This document shows, in pieces, positions 19,232 to 28,373 of a DNA stretch of 64,000 nucleotides (positions are counted from its first letter, which is position 1; each line of letters opens with the position of its first letter). A model generated the notes under the pieces. The model was not told the DNA's origin. It did no database searches and saw only the letters and a program-made list of their open reading frames with translations. Position numbers and translations under genes: made by a program. This DNA is from an uncultured Actinomycetes bacterium (GTDB taxonomy: Bacteria; Actinomycetota; Thermoleophilia; Gaiellales; Gaiellaceae), in assembly GCA_963811635.1 (NCBI GenBank), contig CAWESB010000010.1:18901-82900 (forward strand). The letters run 5' to 3'.

Positions 19232-19980
19232 GTCCGCGTCGGGGCTACCCCGCGGCGGTTCGCATCGACGATCTCGCTTTGGTTCGCAGGAGCAGGCGGC
19301 AGATCGAGGAGCAGTGCTTCGGCGAAGCTGGCCGCGTCCGGCTGCGCGAGGGCGGCGTTGTGGCGGCGCTCGAAGCCGATGCTCGAGAACGGGTTGCTCG
19401 AGAGCCCGCGGCCGCAGACCGAACCGCCGTAATGGCTCGGATAGAGGAGCACGTGATCGGGCAGCTCGAGCAGGCGCCCGATCGAGGCGTACAGCTCTTT
19501 CCCCGCCGCCCCGGCCTCTCCGCCCGCATGCAGGTCGGGACGACCGACGTCGCCGACAAGGAGCGAGTCGCCAGTGAACACCAGCCACGGCTCCTCGGTC
19601 CCACGCCGCCTGTCCGCGACCACGTAGGCGTTGTGCGCCGGTGCGTGGCCTGGTGTCGCGAGCGCCCGCACGATGGTGTTTCCGAGTTCGACGACCTCGC
19701 CGTCGGCAAGCGGGACATGGTCGAAATCGACCGTCGCCCCCGCCGGCAGATAGGCCGTCGCGCCAGACTCGACCAGCGAGGGAAGGCCGGAGACGTGATC
19801 GGCCTGCACGTGCGTCTCGAACACGGCGCCGATGGGCGCGCCGAGGCGATCCGCTTCCTCGAGGTATTCGTGGACAAGGTCGACATGAGGATCGACGACG
19901 GCGAGCTGGCGGTGCGAGAGGCAGCCGAACAGGTAGCTCGCGCAGGCTGAGGGGGGGTAGAGGAACGGCCGCAGGACCAT
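19228..19980 (-). CDS. MBL-fold metallo-hydrolase (persulfide dioxygenase / glyoxalase II-like)
   Basis: 250 aa from MVLRPFLY. The metal motif is ETHVQADHVSG, followed by TPGHAP and PSHYGG. The track ORF extends upstream as Arg-rich, non-coding-looking sequence. Confidence 0.85.
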   Translation of the reverse strand: MVLRPFLYPPSACASYLFGCLSHRQLAVVDPHVDLVHEYLEEADRLGAPIGAVFETHVQADHVSGLPSLVESGATAYLPAGATVDFDHVPLADGEVVELGNTIVRALATPGHAPAHNAYVVADRRRGTEEPWLVFTGDSLLVGDVGRPDLHAGGEAGAAGKELYASIGRLLELPDHVLLYPSHYGGSVCGRGLSSNPFSSIGFERRHNAALAQPDAASFAEALLLDLPPAPANQSEIVDANRRGVAPTRT

Positions 19981-20044
19981 CCTTGCCACACCGTACGACG
20001 CGACCCTAGTATTGAACAAGACGAATCTTCCGATACCGTCCATC

Positions 20045-20996
20045 GTCGTGACCGATACATCGCTCTCTCTCCTCTGGGACACCACTCGCCTTCGCCTCCT
20101 CGTCGAGATCGAGCGGCACGGAACCGTCTCGGCAGCTGCGCGCGAGGTCGGTATTGGGCAGCCGACCGCGAGCGAACACCTGCGCCTCCTCGAAACGGCG
20201 GCGGGCCAGCGTCTCGTCGAGCGCAATGGGCGCGGAAGCCGCCTCACCGAGGCGGGCAGTCTGCTCGCCTCGCGAGCTGCGCGAGGCACTCGCGGCGCTG
20301 CAAGCCGGGGAGGAGGAACTCGGCGCGCTCGCTGGGCTCGAGGCGGGCACGATCCACATCGGCGCATCGACGACACCGGGCGTCTATCTGTTGCCCGACA
20401 CCCTCGGCTGCTTCAGGCGCGACCACCCGCACGTGGACGTCGAGGTCGAGATCGCCTCCACGGACGAAATGATCGAACGCTTGCTTGCCGGCCGCGTGCA
20501 GCTTGCCCTCGTCGGCGAGACAGAGGTGGACGACCGTATCGAGCTGACTCCGTTCCTAACCGATGAGATCGTCGGCATCACCAAGCCGGGCCTGCTCCCC
20601 GTCAAGGACGGCCGAATCAAGTCATCCGCCCTCGCCGATCAGACCCTGCTCGTGCGAGAGGCCGGCTCGAGCACCCGCCAGACAGCCGAGCGATCTCTGG
20701 CTCAACTGAGCGCGCGTCCGAAACGAGTGTGGGAGCTCGATTCGAGCGAGGCCATCAAGCGTGCCGCGCGTGAAGGACTCGGCATCGCCTTCCTCTCGCG
20801 CTATGCGGTCGCCGAGGAGATCGAGCGCGGTGAGCTCGCGAGCTTCCGACTAAAGGGGCAGCCGAAGATTGAGCGGCGACTGTATGTGGCGCGGCTCGCG
20901 CGTCGGCCTCTCAGTCCAAGCGAGCTTGGCTTCATCACCACGCTGAAGCGCTGCTGCGCGAAGAACGTGGAGTTCGCACCTGCCTGCGTTGCCTAG
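20045..20996 (+). pseudogene. LysR-family transcriptional regulator, frameshift near 20271-20277; start uncertain (20012 TTG or 20045 GTG)
   Basis: The N-terminal wHTH is LRLLVEIERHGTVSAAAREVGIGQPTASEHLRLLE...LTEAGSLLA. The substrate-binding part lies in ORF 20154-20996 (TIHIGASTTPGVYLLP...). It is divergent from the MBL gene. Confidence 0.8.
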
Positions 20997-21639
20997 CACG
21001 ACCCTCCAATCCTTTGTCGAAGCGCATCTCCCTCCTGGGCCCGCCCGCGTGCTCGAAGTGGGCTGCGGTCACGGCGACCTCGCGCGCGCCGTCTCCGAAT
21101 CAGGCTACGAGGTGGTCGCCATTGACCCAGACGCACCCGACGGCGAGCTCTTTCAAGCCGTGTCGCTCGAGGAGTTCACCACCAGCGATCCCTTCGACGC
21201 CGTCGTGGCGAGTCGCGCACTCCATCACATTCCTGATCTTGCAGACTCGGTTTCGAAGATCGCGGGCCTTCTGCGGCCGGGAGGTCGCATAATCCTCGAC
21301 GAGCATGCCTGCGATCGGCTGGACGACCAGACGGCTCGGTGGTACTTCCTGCACCGGGTCGGTGAGGCCGACGCCCCGAGCTCACTCGACGCCTGCCGCG
21401 CCGAGTGGGAAGAGGACCACCAGGACCTGCACGGGTACGCGGCGATGCGCGAGGCGCTCGACCGCCACTTTGCGGAACGCTTCTTCGGCTGGATGCCGTA
21501 CCTATACGGAGAGCTCACAAATGTGGACGAGGAGCAGGAGCGTGCCTTGATCGAGGCGGGTGCGATCGAGGCCATGGGCTTTCGCTACGTCGGTGAGGCC
21601 AAGCACCGAACCGACGCGCGCCAAGTGGAGGCGGCGTGA
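20989..21639 (+). CDS. Class I SAM-dependent methyltransferase
   Basis: 216 aa. Motif I is VLEVGCGHGDLA, followed by VVAIDPD and LRPGGRIIL. Confidence 0.8.
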   Translation: MPSTTLQSFVEAHLPPGPARVLEVGCGHGDLARAVSESGYEVVAIDPDAPDGELFQAVSLEEFTTSDPFDAVVASRALHHIPDLADSVSKIAGLLRPGGRIILDEHACDRLDDQTARWYFLHRVGEADAPSSLDACRAEWEEDHQDLHGYAAMREALDRHFAERFFGWMPYLYGELTNVDEEQERALIEAGAIEAMGFRYVGEAKHRTDARQVEAA

Positions 21640-22032
21640 GTTGAGCCCGCGGAAGATTCAATCGACCGCGTTGATTGGCACCCGGGTTAGTCGCTTCAGT
21701 CTCAATCACTGGGGGATGTAGGAGCGCGGGATTCGGTTTCGCGTCCTCGCCGAGCCGAGCCGTGGCTCGCACTCGCGACGAGCCGCGCCGACCTTCGCCG
21801 CTGTCGCGGCGGAGTGCTCGCCGCGGCTCTACGGCGGTTGTGCGACCAACGCCAAGACCGCTTCTCGGTGTTTGAGCCGGACAAGAACCGGTAACGCGAG
21901 CGCAATTACGTCGAGCCTGACTTGAGGATCTGTCCACCACCTCGGCTTCGGCTTGCCGAGGGCGATCGATACCCTAGGCCTTTCCCGAACCTGAGCGAAC
22001 AGCCGCGAACGGTCGGGCCGTATCGACAAGCT

Positions 22033-22067
22033 GGGGGTCACTGGTTCGAGCCCAGTACCGCCCACCA
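22033..22067 (+). other. Orphan tRNA 3' fragment (T-arm, acceptor 3' strand, encoded CCA)
   Basis: It reads ACTGG-TTCGAGC-CCAGT ACCGCCC A CCA. No matching 5' acceptor strand, D-arm or anticodon arm could be folded upstream. The track ORF motif GGTGLEPVTPSLS on the opposite strand is the usual translation artefact of a T-arm. Confidence 0.6.
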
Positions 22068-22070
22068 CAG

Positions 22071-22100
22071 AAACCCCCGCACCGACGGGGGTTTCGCTTT
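22071..22100 (+). terminator. Rho-independent terminator directly after the tRNA fragment
   Basis: The hairpin AAACCCCCG-CACCGA-CGGGGGTTT is followed by CGCTTTCTC. Confidence 0.55.
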
Positions 22101-22387
22101 CTCGGAAGACAACATGATCGGGGCCGTGCTCGCAAAATGCTCGCACCGGACCGGGCCGAGGAGATGTGGGTGCTCGTTCGTGTGCGCCGTGATCCGGCGT
22201 CCACCGCGCGGACCAGGGGGAACCGCCAGAGCGGGACCCAAACCGCCCAGAACCCCGGGCCGCACCAGCTCTCTTTTCCGGGCCCGGCCTTGGGCTCGGA
22301 GCGGAGATGCCGAGCCCAGCGCCGCCCACTAAATATCTGCAGATTGGTGGTTCTGTTGTCAGCCGAAGCCGCCTTGGCGAGCGACCA

Positions 22388-23350
22388 TCATGCGGATCCG
22401 CCTTTGCCAATCGACTCGCGCAAGTGCCGGTCGCGTCGGCGGTTGTAGAACGTTCGCTGCAAAGCCAGTGTTGCGATGCCCGCCGCGGATAGGCAAGTGA
22501 GATTCAGGACGAGCTGAGCGAGTGCGCCCCTGAACTCTGACCAGTCGCCGTAGGCAGCAGCCACGCCCACGTTCGCAGCCGCGGGGATAGTGGTCACCGA
22601 GATGAGCACGCCAATCAATGCTCCGGACTTCGCCGTTGTGAGCGAGAGCAAGCCCGCAACACCGGCGAGACAGGCAACGATTATCGAGAAGGTGTTCGGG
22701 TGGGCGATGAAGTACGTCGCCGGACGGCTCACGGCTGCCACCGTGTCGGGCGCTGGCCCGAGGGCGCGCAGCAGAAGGGTCAAGAGCAGAGTGGCCGTAA
22801 TCGCGACAGCGAAACCGATGACGAGGGCGGCGAGTGAACGCCGCGCGAGCGAGGGACGGCGCTGGATAACTGCGACACAAAACCCAGCGAGTGGGCCAAA
22901 CTCCGGGCCGACCACCATCGCTCCGATGATCAGGACCTGTGAGTCAGTCATGATCCCAACCCCGGCAATCAGCGTCGCCACCACCATGAACGTCAGGTAG
23001 CTGAAAGAGAGTTCTGCGCTTTCCGACGTCCGCGCCTCGACCTCCTCCCAGACGACGGCATCCGAGGGCGTGCCGGCGGCCGCTGCTTCCGCTTTCTCTG
23101 CCAGACGTGAGATCATCGAGTTGATCTCCTCAACGGCGATGCTGCCGCGCGTGTCGAGGCCGAGCCCGCACAGGTCGGCGACAATGACGCTCGCCTCTTC
23201 GCGGGCGACATCGCAGAGCACAGCGTCCCCCTCTGGCTTTCGCGAGGCGCCTGGGAGGTGGATGACGTTGACGACCGCGGTCGACTCGATTAGAAGCTCA
23301 AGCGTCTGCGCGACAAGATCGGTCGGCGCAACGATGCGGAGGTGAATCAC
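22388..23350 (-). CDS. DUF389 (TIGR00341-like) membrane protein with an N-terminal soluble domain
   Basis: 320 aa. It reads MIHLRIVAP...VVNVIHLPG, then LIIGAMVVGPEFGPLAGF and several TM segments. Confidence 0.75.
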   Translation of the reverse strand: MIHLRIVAPTDLVAQTLELLIESTAVVNVIHLPGASRKPEGDAVLCDVAREEASVIVADLCGLGLDTRGSIAVEEINSMISRLAEKAEAAAAGTPSDAVVWEEVEARTSESAELSFSYLTFMVVATLIAGVGIMTDSQVLIIGAMVVGPEFGPLAGFCVAVIQRRPSLARRSLAALVIGFAVAITATLLLTLLLRALGPAPDTVAAVSRPATYFIAHPNTFSIIVACLAGVAGLLSLTTAKSGALIGVLISVTTIPAAANVGVAAAYGDWSEFRGALAQLVLNLTCLSAAGIATLALQRTFYNRRRDRHLRESIGKGGSA

Positions 23351-23972
23351 CGAGCCGGAGCCTAGCGCCGACCCTCGCGATCATAGTGACTGGGTCTCTC
23401 AGTAGTTCGGGCGCGCTCCGTCCGCCACGGCTTCCCGTGAAGCTTGACGGCGCGGGGAAAGAAGAATGACTGGGGTGGGCCCCGACGCTCATTCCAGGCT
23501 GGTGACCTGAGCGATGCACCTGGCCAGCGCGATCAGAGGAGTACCCCCTGAACGCGCGAAAAAGCCCTGGACTCCAGAACGATCTCTGGTTGGTCATGCA
23601 GCCGAAGCGAGGTCAGGTTCACCGAGCGTCTCCTCTCATGCTTTGAGTGATCCTGTTCCGTGCCGTCGGGTGCTTAGCCCGGATGAGGCACGCCGGCAGG
23701 CTCGAATCTTGTTGACGCGATTCGAGCTCTACTGCGCCCCTGCGTGTCTTGAGGATTCCTTGAGGCGGCGGTGGACGATCTTGAGCACCGGTTGAGCCGG
23801 CCGTCCATACGGTCACCGCGTGCTGACCCACTTCAAGGTCCGCGCGCTGCTTCGCGCTTTCAGGCGAGCTGGCCTTGAGGGCGTCCTCGAGGCGCGCGCT
23901 CGAAAGCGCCTCGCTGATGCGGTTCGTAGCTACGCACGGGACGAGCGCGACCAGCGTCATCGAGGCGGCGTG

Positions 23973-24281
23973 GTGATGTTCGCCTCGATCGCTGCACGAA
24001 CCGCTCTACTCATGGCGATCGCCGACCGCCTTGACGACATCGATCGCCCAGTTGCTCGCCTTGGGATCGAACGCCTCGAACGGCTGCTCGCGGAGCCTGC
24101 GCCTTTCCGAGATTACGGGCCTCGCGCAATTGAACGGAACGCCCGTATCAACTCGATCCTCGAGGACCTCGAGACGGAAGAACCAAACCGCGTTGCCGAA
24201 CAGACGCCTCAGCTTGCATTGCGGAACGACGGTGACCGTCGAGGCTTTTCGGTGCGTCGCAAACGGAGGACCCAACGATGA
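23973..24281 (+). CDS. Hypothetical protein possibly co-translated with trkH (uncertain; an alternative reading exists on the minus strand)
   Basis: Its stop overlaps the trkH ATG (ATGA at 24278-24281). GC3 is only moderate. The opposite strand shows higher GC3 but carries an in-frame TAG at 24006-24008. Confidence 0.3.
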   Translation: MMFASIAARTALLMAIADRLDDIDRPVARLGIERLERLLAEPAPFRDYGPRAIERNARINSILEDLETEEPNRVAEQTPQLALRNDGDRRGFSVRRKRRTQR

Positions 24282-25706
24282 GACGACGTCGCCGCCTGCG
24301 AGACCAGTCTGCCTCTGGCGGTAGCGACGCAGTCGCTCGTCTGAACGGAAATTCTCTTGTCGGCGCCGTGGCCACCCGGCTGCGCCGCCGCCGTCACCCG
24401 GCGCAGCTGATCGTGATCGCATTCGCCGCGGCGATCCTCGTCGGAACCCTTCTCCTGATGCTGCCGTTTGCGCGATCGGACCCTGGGGGAGCACCGCCCT
24501 TGACCGCGCTCTTCACCGCAACCTCGGCGGTGTGTGTGACCGGCCTCAGCGTGGTCGATACGCCGACCTACTGGTCGCACGCCGGGCAAGTGATCATCCT
24601 CGCACTGATCCAAGCGGGCGGGCTCGGGATCATGACGCTCGCTTCGCTGCTCGTGCTGCTTCTCTCACGTCGCTTGGGTCTTCGTGGGCGCCTCGTGGCA
24701 CAGGCCGAACGTGGGGCCGCCCTCGCCGATCTACGGCGCGTGATCGTTGGCGTCGTCATTCTCTCCGCTGTCTTTCGAGGCCGCCGCGGCCCTCATCCTG
24801 ACCGCACGTTTTTGGCTCTCTTATGACATGAGCTTCGGCTCTGCGCTTTGGCACGGGGTCTTCCACGCCATCTCGGCCTTCAACAACGCCGGCTTTGCGT
24901 TATGGAGCGACAGCCTCGTGCGCTTTGTCGGCGACGGATGGATCATCGTCACCGTTGCTCTCGCGATCATCGCCGGCGGGCTCGGGTTCCCCGTGTGGTT
25001 CGAACTCAGCCGCCGCGTTCACGACCCGCGCCGCTGGACTCTCCACACGAAGCTGACGCTGAGAACAGCTGCAGCGCTTCTCTGCTTCGGCTTCGTGGCC
25101 GTCGCCGTGTTCGAGTGGGGGAACTCGAAGACGATGGGCAACCTGGACCTCGAGGGGAAGCTGCTCGCAGCATTCTTTCAGAGCGTGACACCGCGAACTG
25201 CCGGCTTCAACTCACTCAATTACGGAGACTTCCGGCCCGAGACGCTCCTCGTGACTGACATGCTCATGTTTGTTGGGGCTGGGAGCGCCTCGACGGCAGG
25301 CGGCATCAAGCTGACGACCTTCGCCGTGATCTTCCTCATGGTGTGGTCGGAGGTTCGGGGCGATCCACACGTGAACGCATTGGGACGCCGCGTCCCTGCC
25401 GTGGCCCAGCGCCAGGCACTCGCGGTTGCCGTCATTGCGATCAATGCGGTCGTGTTCGCCACGCTCGCTCTCATGGCGACGACCGGCTTCTCGTTCCAGC
25501 AGACGCTCTTCGAGGCCCTGTCAGCCTTCGGAACCGTCGGGCTTTCGACCGGGATTACGCCCGATCTCGATGGCGCGGGCAGAGTGATCGTCATCGCTCT
25601 GATGTTTCTCGGCCGCACCGGGCCCCTCACATTGTTCGTCGCCCTGGCGCTCCGCGAGCGTGAGCGCCTTTATCGCTACCCGGAGGAGAGACCCCTCATT
25701 GGCTAG
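24278..25706 (+). pseudogene. trkH: TrkH/KtrB-family potassium uptake membrane subunit, frameshift near 24771-24777 (TTT run)
   Basis: The N-terminal frame reads ...TALFTATSAVCVTGLSVVDT...IQAGGLGIMT. The continuation in ORF 24747-25706 reads AISAFNNAGF...TPRTAGFNS...SASTAGGIKLTTF...FGTVGLSTG, giving four selectivity-filter-like repeats. Confidence 0.85.
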
Positions 25707-26358
25707 AGACAAAGGAGAATTCATCGTCATCGGGCTTGGCCGCTTCGGCGGCGGCGTCGCAACGACCCTCGTCGAGCTCGGCTACGAGGTCCTGGGCATC
25801 GACGTGAACGCAAAGGCGGTGCAGGCACACCGCGACCTTCTCACGCATGTGGTCGAAGCGGATTCGACAGACCTCGAATCGATGCGCCAACTTGGGGCGG
25901 GGGACTTCGCTACGGCCGTCGTCGCGATCGGAACCGACGTAGAGGCGAGCATCCTCACGACGGCCGCGCTCGCCGACCTCGAAGTCCCAAGGATCGTGGC
26001 CAAAGCAGTCTCCGAGGCGCACGGGAAAATCCTTGGGCGAGTCGGTGCTCAGCGAGTCGTTCATCCGGAGCACGACACCGGCGTGCGCGTCGGGCACAGC
26101 CTGAGCGGGCGGGTGATTGACTTCATTCAGCTCGACCCGGGGTTCGCGCTAGTCGAGACGACGGCGCCCGATGAGCTCATCGGGCGATCCCTTGGGGAAG
26201 CGGAGGTGCGGCGCCGGTACGGGATCACAGTTGTGTGCGTCAAGCCCGCAGGTGGGACGTTCACGTACGCCACGCCGGAAACGGTCGTAAGTGCGGGTGA
26301 CGTGCTCGTCGTGGCGGGAGAGACTCAACGCGCGGAAGCGTTCGGCGGGCTTGGATAG
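25699..26358 (+). CDS. trkA: TrkA/KtrA-type potassium uptake regulatory subunit (RCK N and C domains)
   Basis: The Rossmann motif is FIVIGLGRFGGGVATTLVELGYEVLGID. The RCK_C part is ...GDVLVVAGE. I prefer the TTG at 25699 because GGAGGAG lies about 10 nt upstream. The track start is 25660. Confidence 0.85.
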   Translation: MARDKGEFIVIGLGRFGGGVATTLVELGYEVLGIDVNAKAVQAHRDLLTHVVEADSTDLESMRQLGAGDFATAVVAIGTDVEASILTTAALADLEVPRIVAKAVSEAHGKILGRVGAQRVVHPEHDTGVRVGHSLSGRVIDFIQLDPGFALVETTAPDELIGRSLGEAEVRRRYGITVVCVKPAGGTFTYATPETVVSAGDVLVVAGETQRAEAFGGLG

Positions 26359-26474
26359 GAGCGATGCGGCATCCACGCCCCTCCTCGTCAACGCCGCGTC
26401 AAGACTCCGCAGCGCCGCGTAGAGATTCCGTTAGGACAGCCCTCCGGGCTCGCCGCGATCGATAGGACGTGGAT

Positions 26475-26597
26475 GTGCGCGACCTCATCTTCATCGCGAT
26501 CGTCGTTGCATTCTTCACTGTCGCGGTCGCTTTCGTATGGGCGTGCGAGGTAATCGTCGCGGGCAGCTCATCGACAGAGGACGAACGCGAACGGTGA
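26475..26597 (+). CDS. Small hydrophobic peptide (about 40 aa) overlapping the kdpF start
   Basis: It reads V(D)[40 protein letters not shown]. An AGGA lies 7 nt upstream of the second GTG. Its TGA overlaps the kdpF GTG (GTGA at 26594-26597). It is too short for the ORF track. Confidence 0.4.
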   Translation: MRDLIFIAIVVAFFTVAVAFVWACEVIVAGSSSTEDERER

Positions 26598-26686
26598 GCC
26601 TCGAGAACGCGGTAGGGCTCGTGCTCGCGGTCGCTGTCCTCGCGTATCTCGTGTACGCGCTCGTGGCACCCGAGAAATTGGGATGA
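26594..26686 (+). CDS. kdpF: K+-transporting ATPase subunit F
   Basis: My translation gives 30 aa, [30 protein letters not shown]. This is the KdpF pattern ...Y L x x A L x x P E K, immediately upstream of kdpA. Confidence 0.75.
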   Translation: MSLENAVGLVLAVAVLAYLVYALVAPEKLG

Positions 26687-26696
26687 GCGGTATTCC

Positions 26697-28373
26697 ATGA
26701 GCTGGCAGAACTGGCTTCAGGTGGGAGTGCTTGTCTGTTTGGTCCTCCTCAGTGCGCGCGTGTTGGGGCCTTATCTCGCGCGGGTTCTCGACAGCGAGAG
26801 CGCACCGGGGGACCGCTTCTTCCTCCCGCTTGAGCGGGCCGTGTACAGGGTCATGGGAGTCGATCCGGCACGCGAGCAGCCTTGGAGTGTTTACGCGGTC
26901 TCGCTCCTGGCCTTCAGCTTCGTCTCGGTGCTTGGGCTCTTCTTGCTGCAGCGACTCCAGGGCCTGCTACCCCTGAATCCGACGCACGTTGACGGGGTGC
27001 CCTCAGCCCTAGCCTTCAATACCGCGGCGAGCTTCGTCACGAACACGAACTGGCAGAACTACGGTGGGGAATCGACGATGAGCCACCTGACGCAGATGGC
27101 GGGGCTCACCGTGCAGAACTTCGTCTCCGCGGCCGTGGGCCTCGCGGTCGCGATCGCGCTCGTCAGAGGCCTAGTACGTCGGCGCTCTGCCACGATCGGG
27201 AATTTCTGGGTCGACATCACACGCGTTACGACGCGTGTGCTTTTGCCCTTCGCGGTCGTATTCGCGCTCGTCCTAGTGAGCCAGGGTGTAGTCCAGACAC
27301 TGAGCGGAAGCGCTGAGGCGACTACGGTCGAGGAGGCGACGCAGTCGATCTATCGCGCGCCGATCGCAAGTCAGGAGGCGATCAAGGAGCTGGGGACGAA
27401 CGGCGGCGGTATCACGAACGCGAACTCGGCGCACCCTTTCGAGAATCCAACGGCCCTGACGAGCCTGCTGCAGATTTGGGCGCTGCTCGCAATTCCCTTC
27501 GCGCTCGCTTACGCGTTTGGATGCCTTGCGCGGGATCGGCGGCAAGGCTGGGCGCTCCTAGGGGCGATGTTCGTCCTCTGGATAGCGTCCGCCGGGCTCG
27601 CGATGGGCTTCGAACTGCACGGCAACCCGCAGCTCGACGCGAGCGCTCCCAACATGGAGGGGAAGGAGGTGCGCTTCGGCGCGGCCGGGTCCGGCTTGTT
27701 CGCGGCAGCGACGACGGGCACGTCGACGGGCGCGGTCAACTCCTCGCACGACAGCTTCACGCCTCTCGGCGGCGCCGTTCCGCTCGTGAACATGATGCTC
27801 GGCGAGGTCTCCCCGGGTGGAGTTGGCGCCGGTCTCTACGGGATGCTGGTCTTCGCACTGCTCGCCGTCTTCATCGCCGGCCTCATGGTCGGCAGGACGC
27901 CTGAGTATTTGGGCAAGAAGGTGCAGGCAGCCGAGATGAAGCTAGTCATCCTCTATCTGCTCGCCGTCCCAGCCGTCATCCTCGTCTTCGCATCCGTCTC
28001 CGTCCTCTTGGACACGGCTAAGGATTCGATCCTGAACCCGGGTCCGCACGGGCTCTCCGAGGTCGTGTACGCGTTCACGTCCGCCGCGAACAACAACGGG
28101 TCTGCCTTCGGCGGCCTAACGGGCAACACGAACTGGTTCAACACGACGCTCGGACTCGCGATGCTCGCGGGCCGCTTCTTGTCGATCGTTGCTGTGCTGG
28201 CGATCGCGGGATCGCTTGGGCGAAAGCAACCGGTGCCGCCGTCGGCTGGCACCTTCCCGACGGGCACGCCGCTATTCGCGGGTCTTCTCGTCGGCGTCGT
28301 CGTGATCATGATCGCGCTGACCTACTTCCCGGTGTTAGCGCTCGGTCCCTTCCTGGAGCAGCTGAGCCTGTGA
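26697..28373 (+). CDS. kdpA: K+-transporting ATPase subunit A
   Basis: 558 aa, polytopic. KdpA motifs [16 protein letters not shown] and NNGSAFGG are present. Confidence 0.95.
   Translation: MSWQNWLQVGVLVCLVLLSARVLGPYLARVLDSESAPGDRFFLPLERAVYRVMGVDPAREQPWSVYAVSLLAFSFVSVLGLFLLQRLQGLLPLNPTHVDGVPSALAFNTAASFVTNTNWQNYGGESTMSHLTQMAGLTVQNFVSAAVGLAVAIALVRGLVRRRSATIGNFWVDITRVTTRVLLPFAVVFALVLVSQGVVQTLSGSAEATTVEEATQSIYRAPIASQEAIKELGTNGGGITNANSAHPFENPTALTSLLQIWALLAIPFALAYAFGCLARDRRQGWALLGAMFVLWIASAGLAMGFELHGNPQLDASAPNMEGKEVRFGAAGSGLFAAATTGTSTGAVNSSHDSFTPLGGAVPLVNMMLGEVSPGGVGAGLYGMLVFALLAVFIAGLMVGRTPEYLGKKVQAAEMKLVILYLLAVPAVILVFASVSVLLDTAKDSILNPGPHGLSEVVYAFTSAANNNGSAFGGLTGNTNWFNTTLGLAMLAGRFLSIVAVLAIAGSLGRKQPVPPSAGTFPTGTPLFAGLLVGVVVIMIALTYFPVLALGPFLEQLSL

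Noticed and set aside
21700-22067. tmRNA (ssrA) ending in the tRNA-like T-arm/ACCA at 22033-22067
   Set aside because: The acceptor would need a G3:U70 pair for alanine charging, but the 3' strand is ACCGCCC (C at position 70). The candidate 5' strand GGGGGAT pairs poorly. No ...ALAA-type tag reading frame was found.
21829-22410. 193-aa minus-strand ORF containing GGTGLEPVTPSLS
   Set aside because: That peptide is the reverse translation of the tRNA T-arm fragment. The rest is Arg/Pro-rich with no start context.
23619-24494. Minus-strand gene opposite the hypothetical ORF upstream of trkH
   Set aside because: It has higher GC3 than the plus-strand ORF. But it contains an in-frame TAG (24006-24008), needs a further frameshift, overlaps trkH and has no recognisable family. 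It is unresolved, so I report only the plus-strand ORF, at low confidence.
26359-26474. c-di-AMP (ydaO/kimA-type) riboswitch upstream of kdp, and similarly upstream of trkH (24180-24280)
   Set aside because: The leaders are too short. I could not find the conserved ACGGGG / CCGACAGCTAAC-like cores by eye. A covariance search would be needed to exclude it fully.
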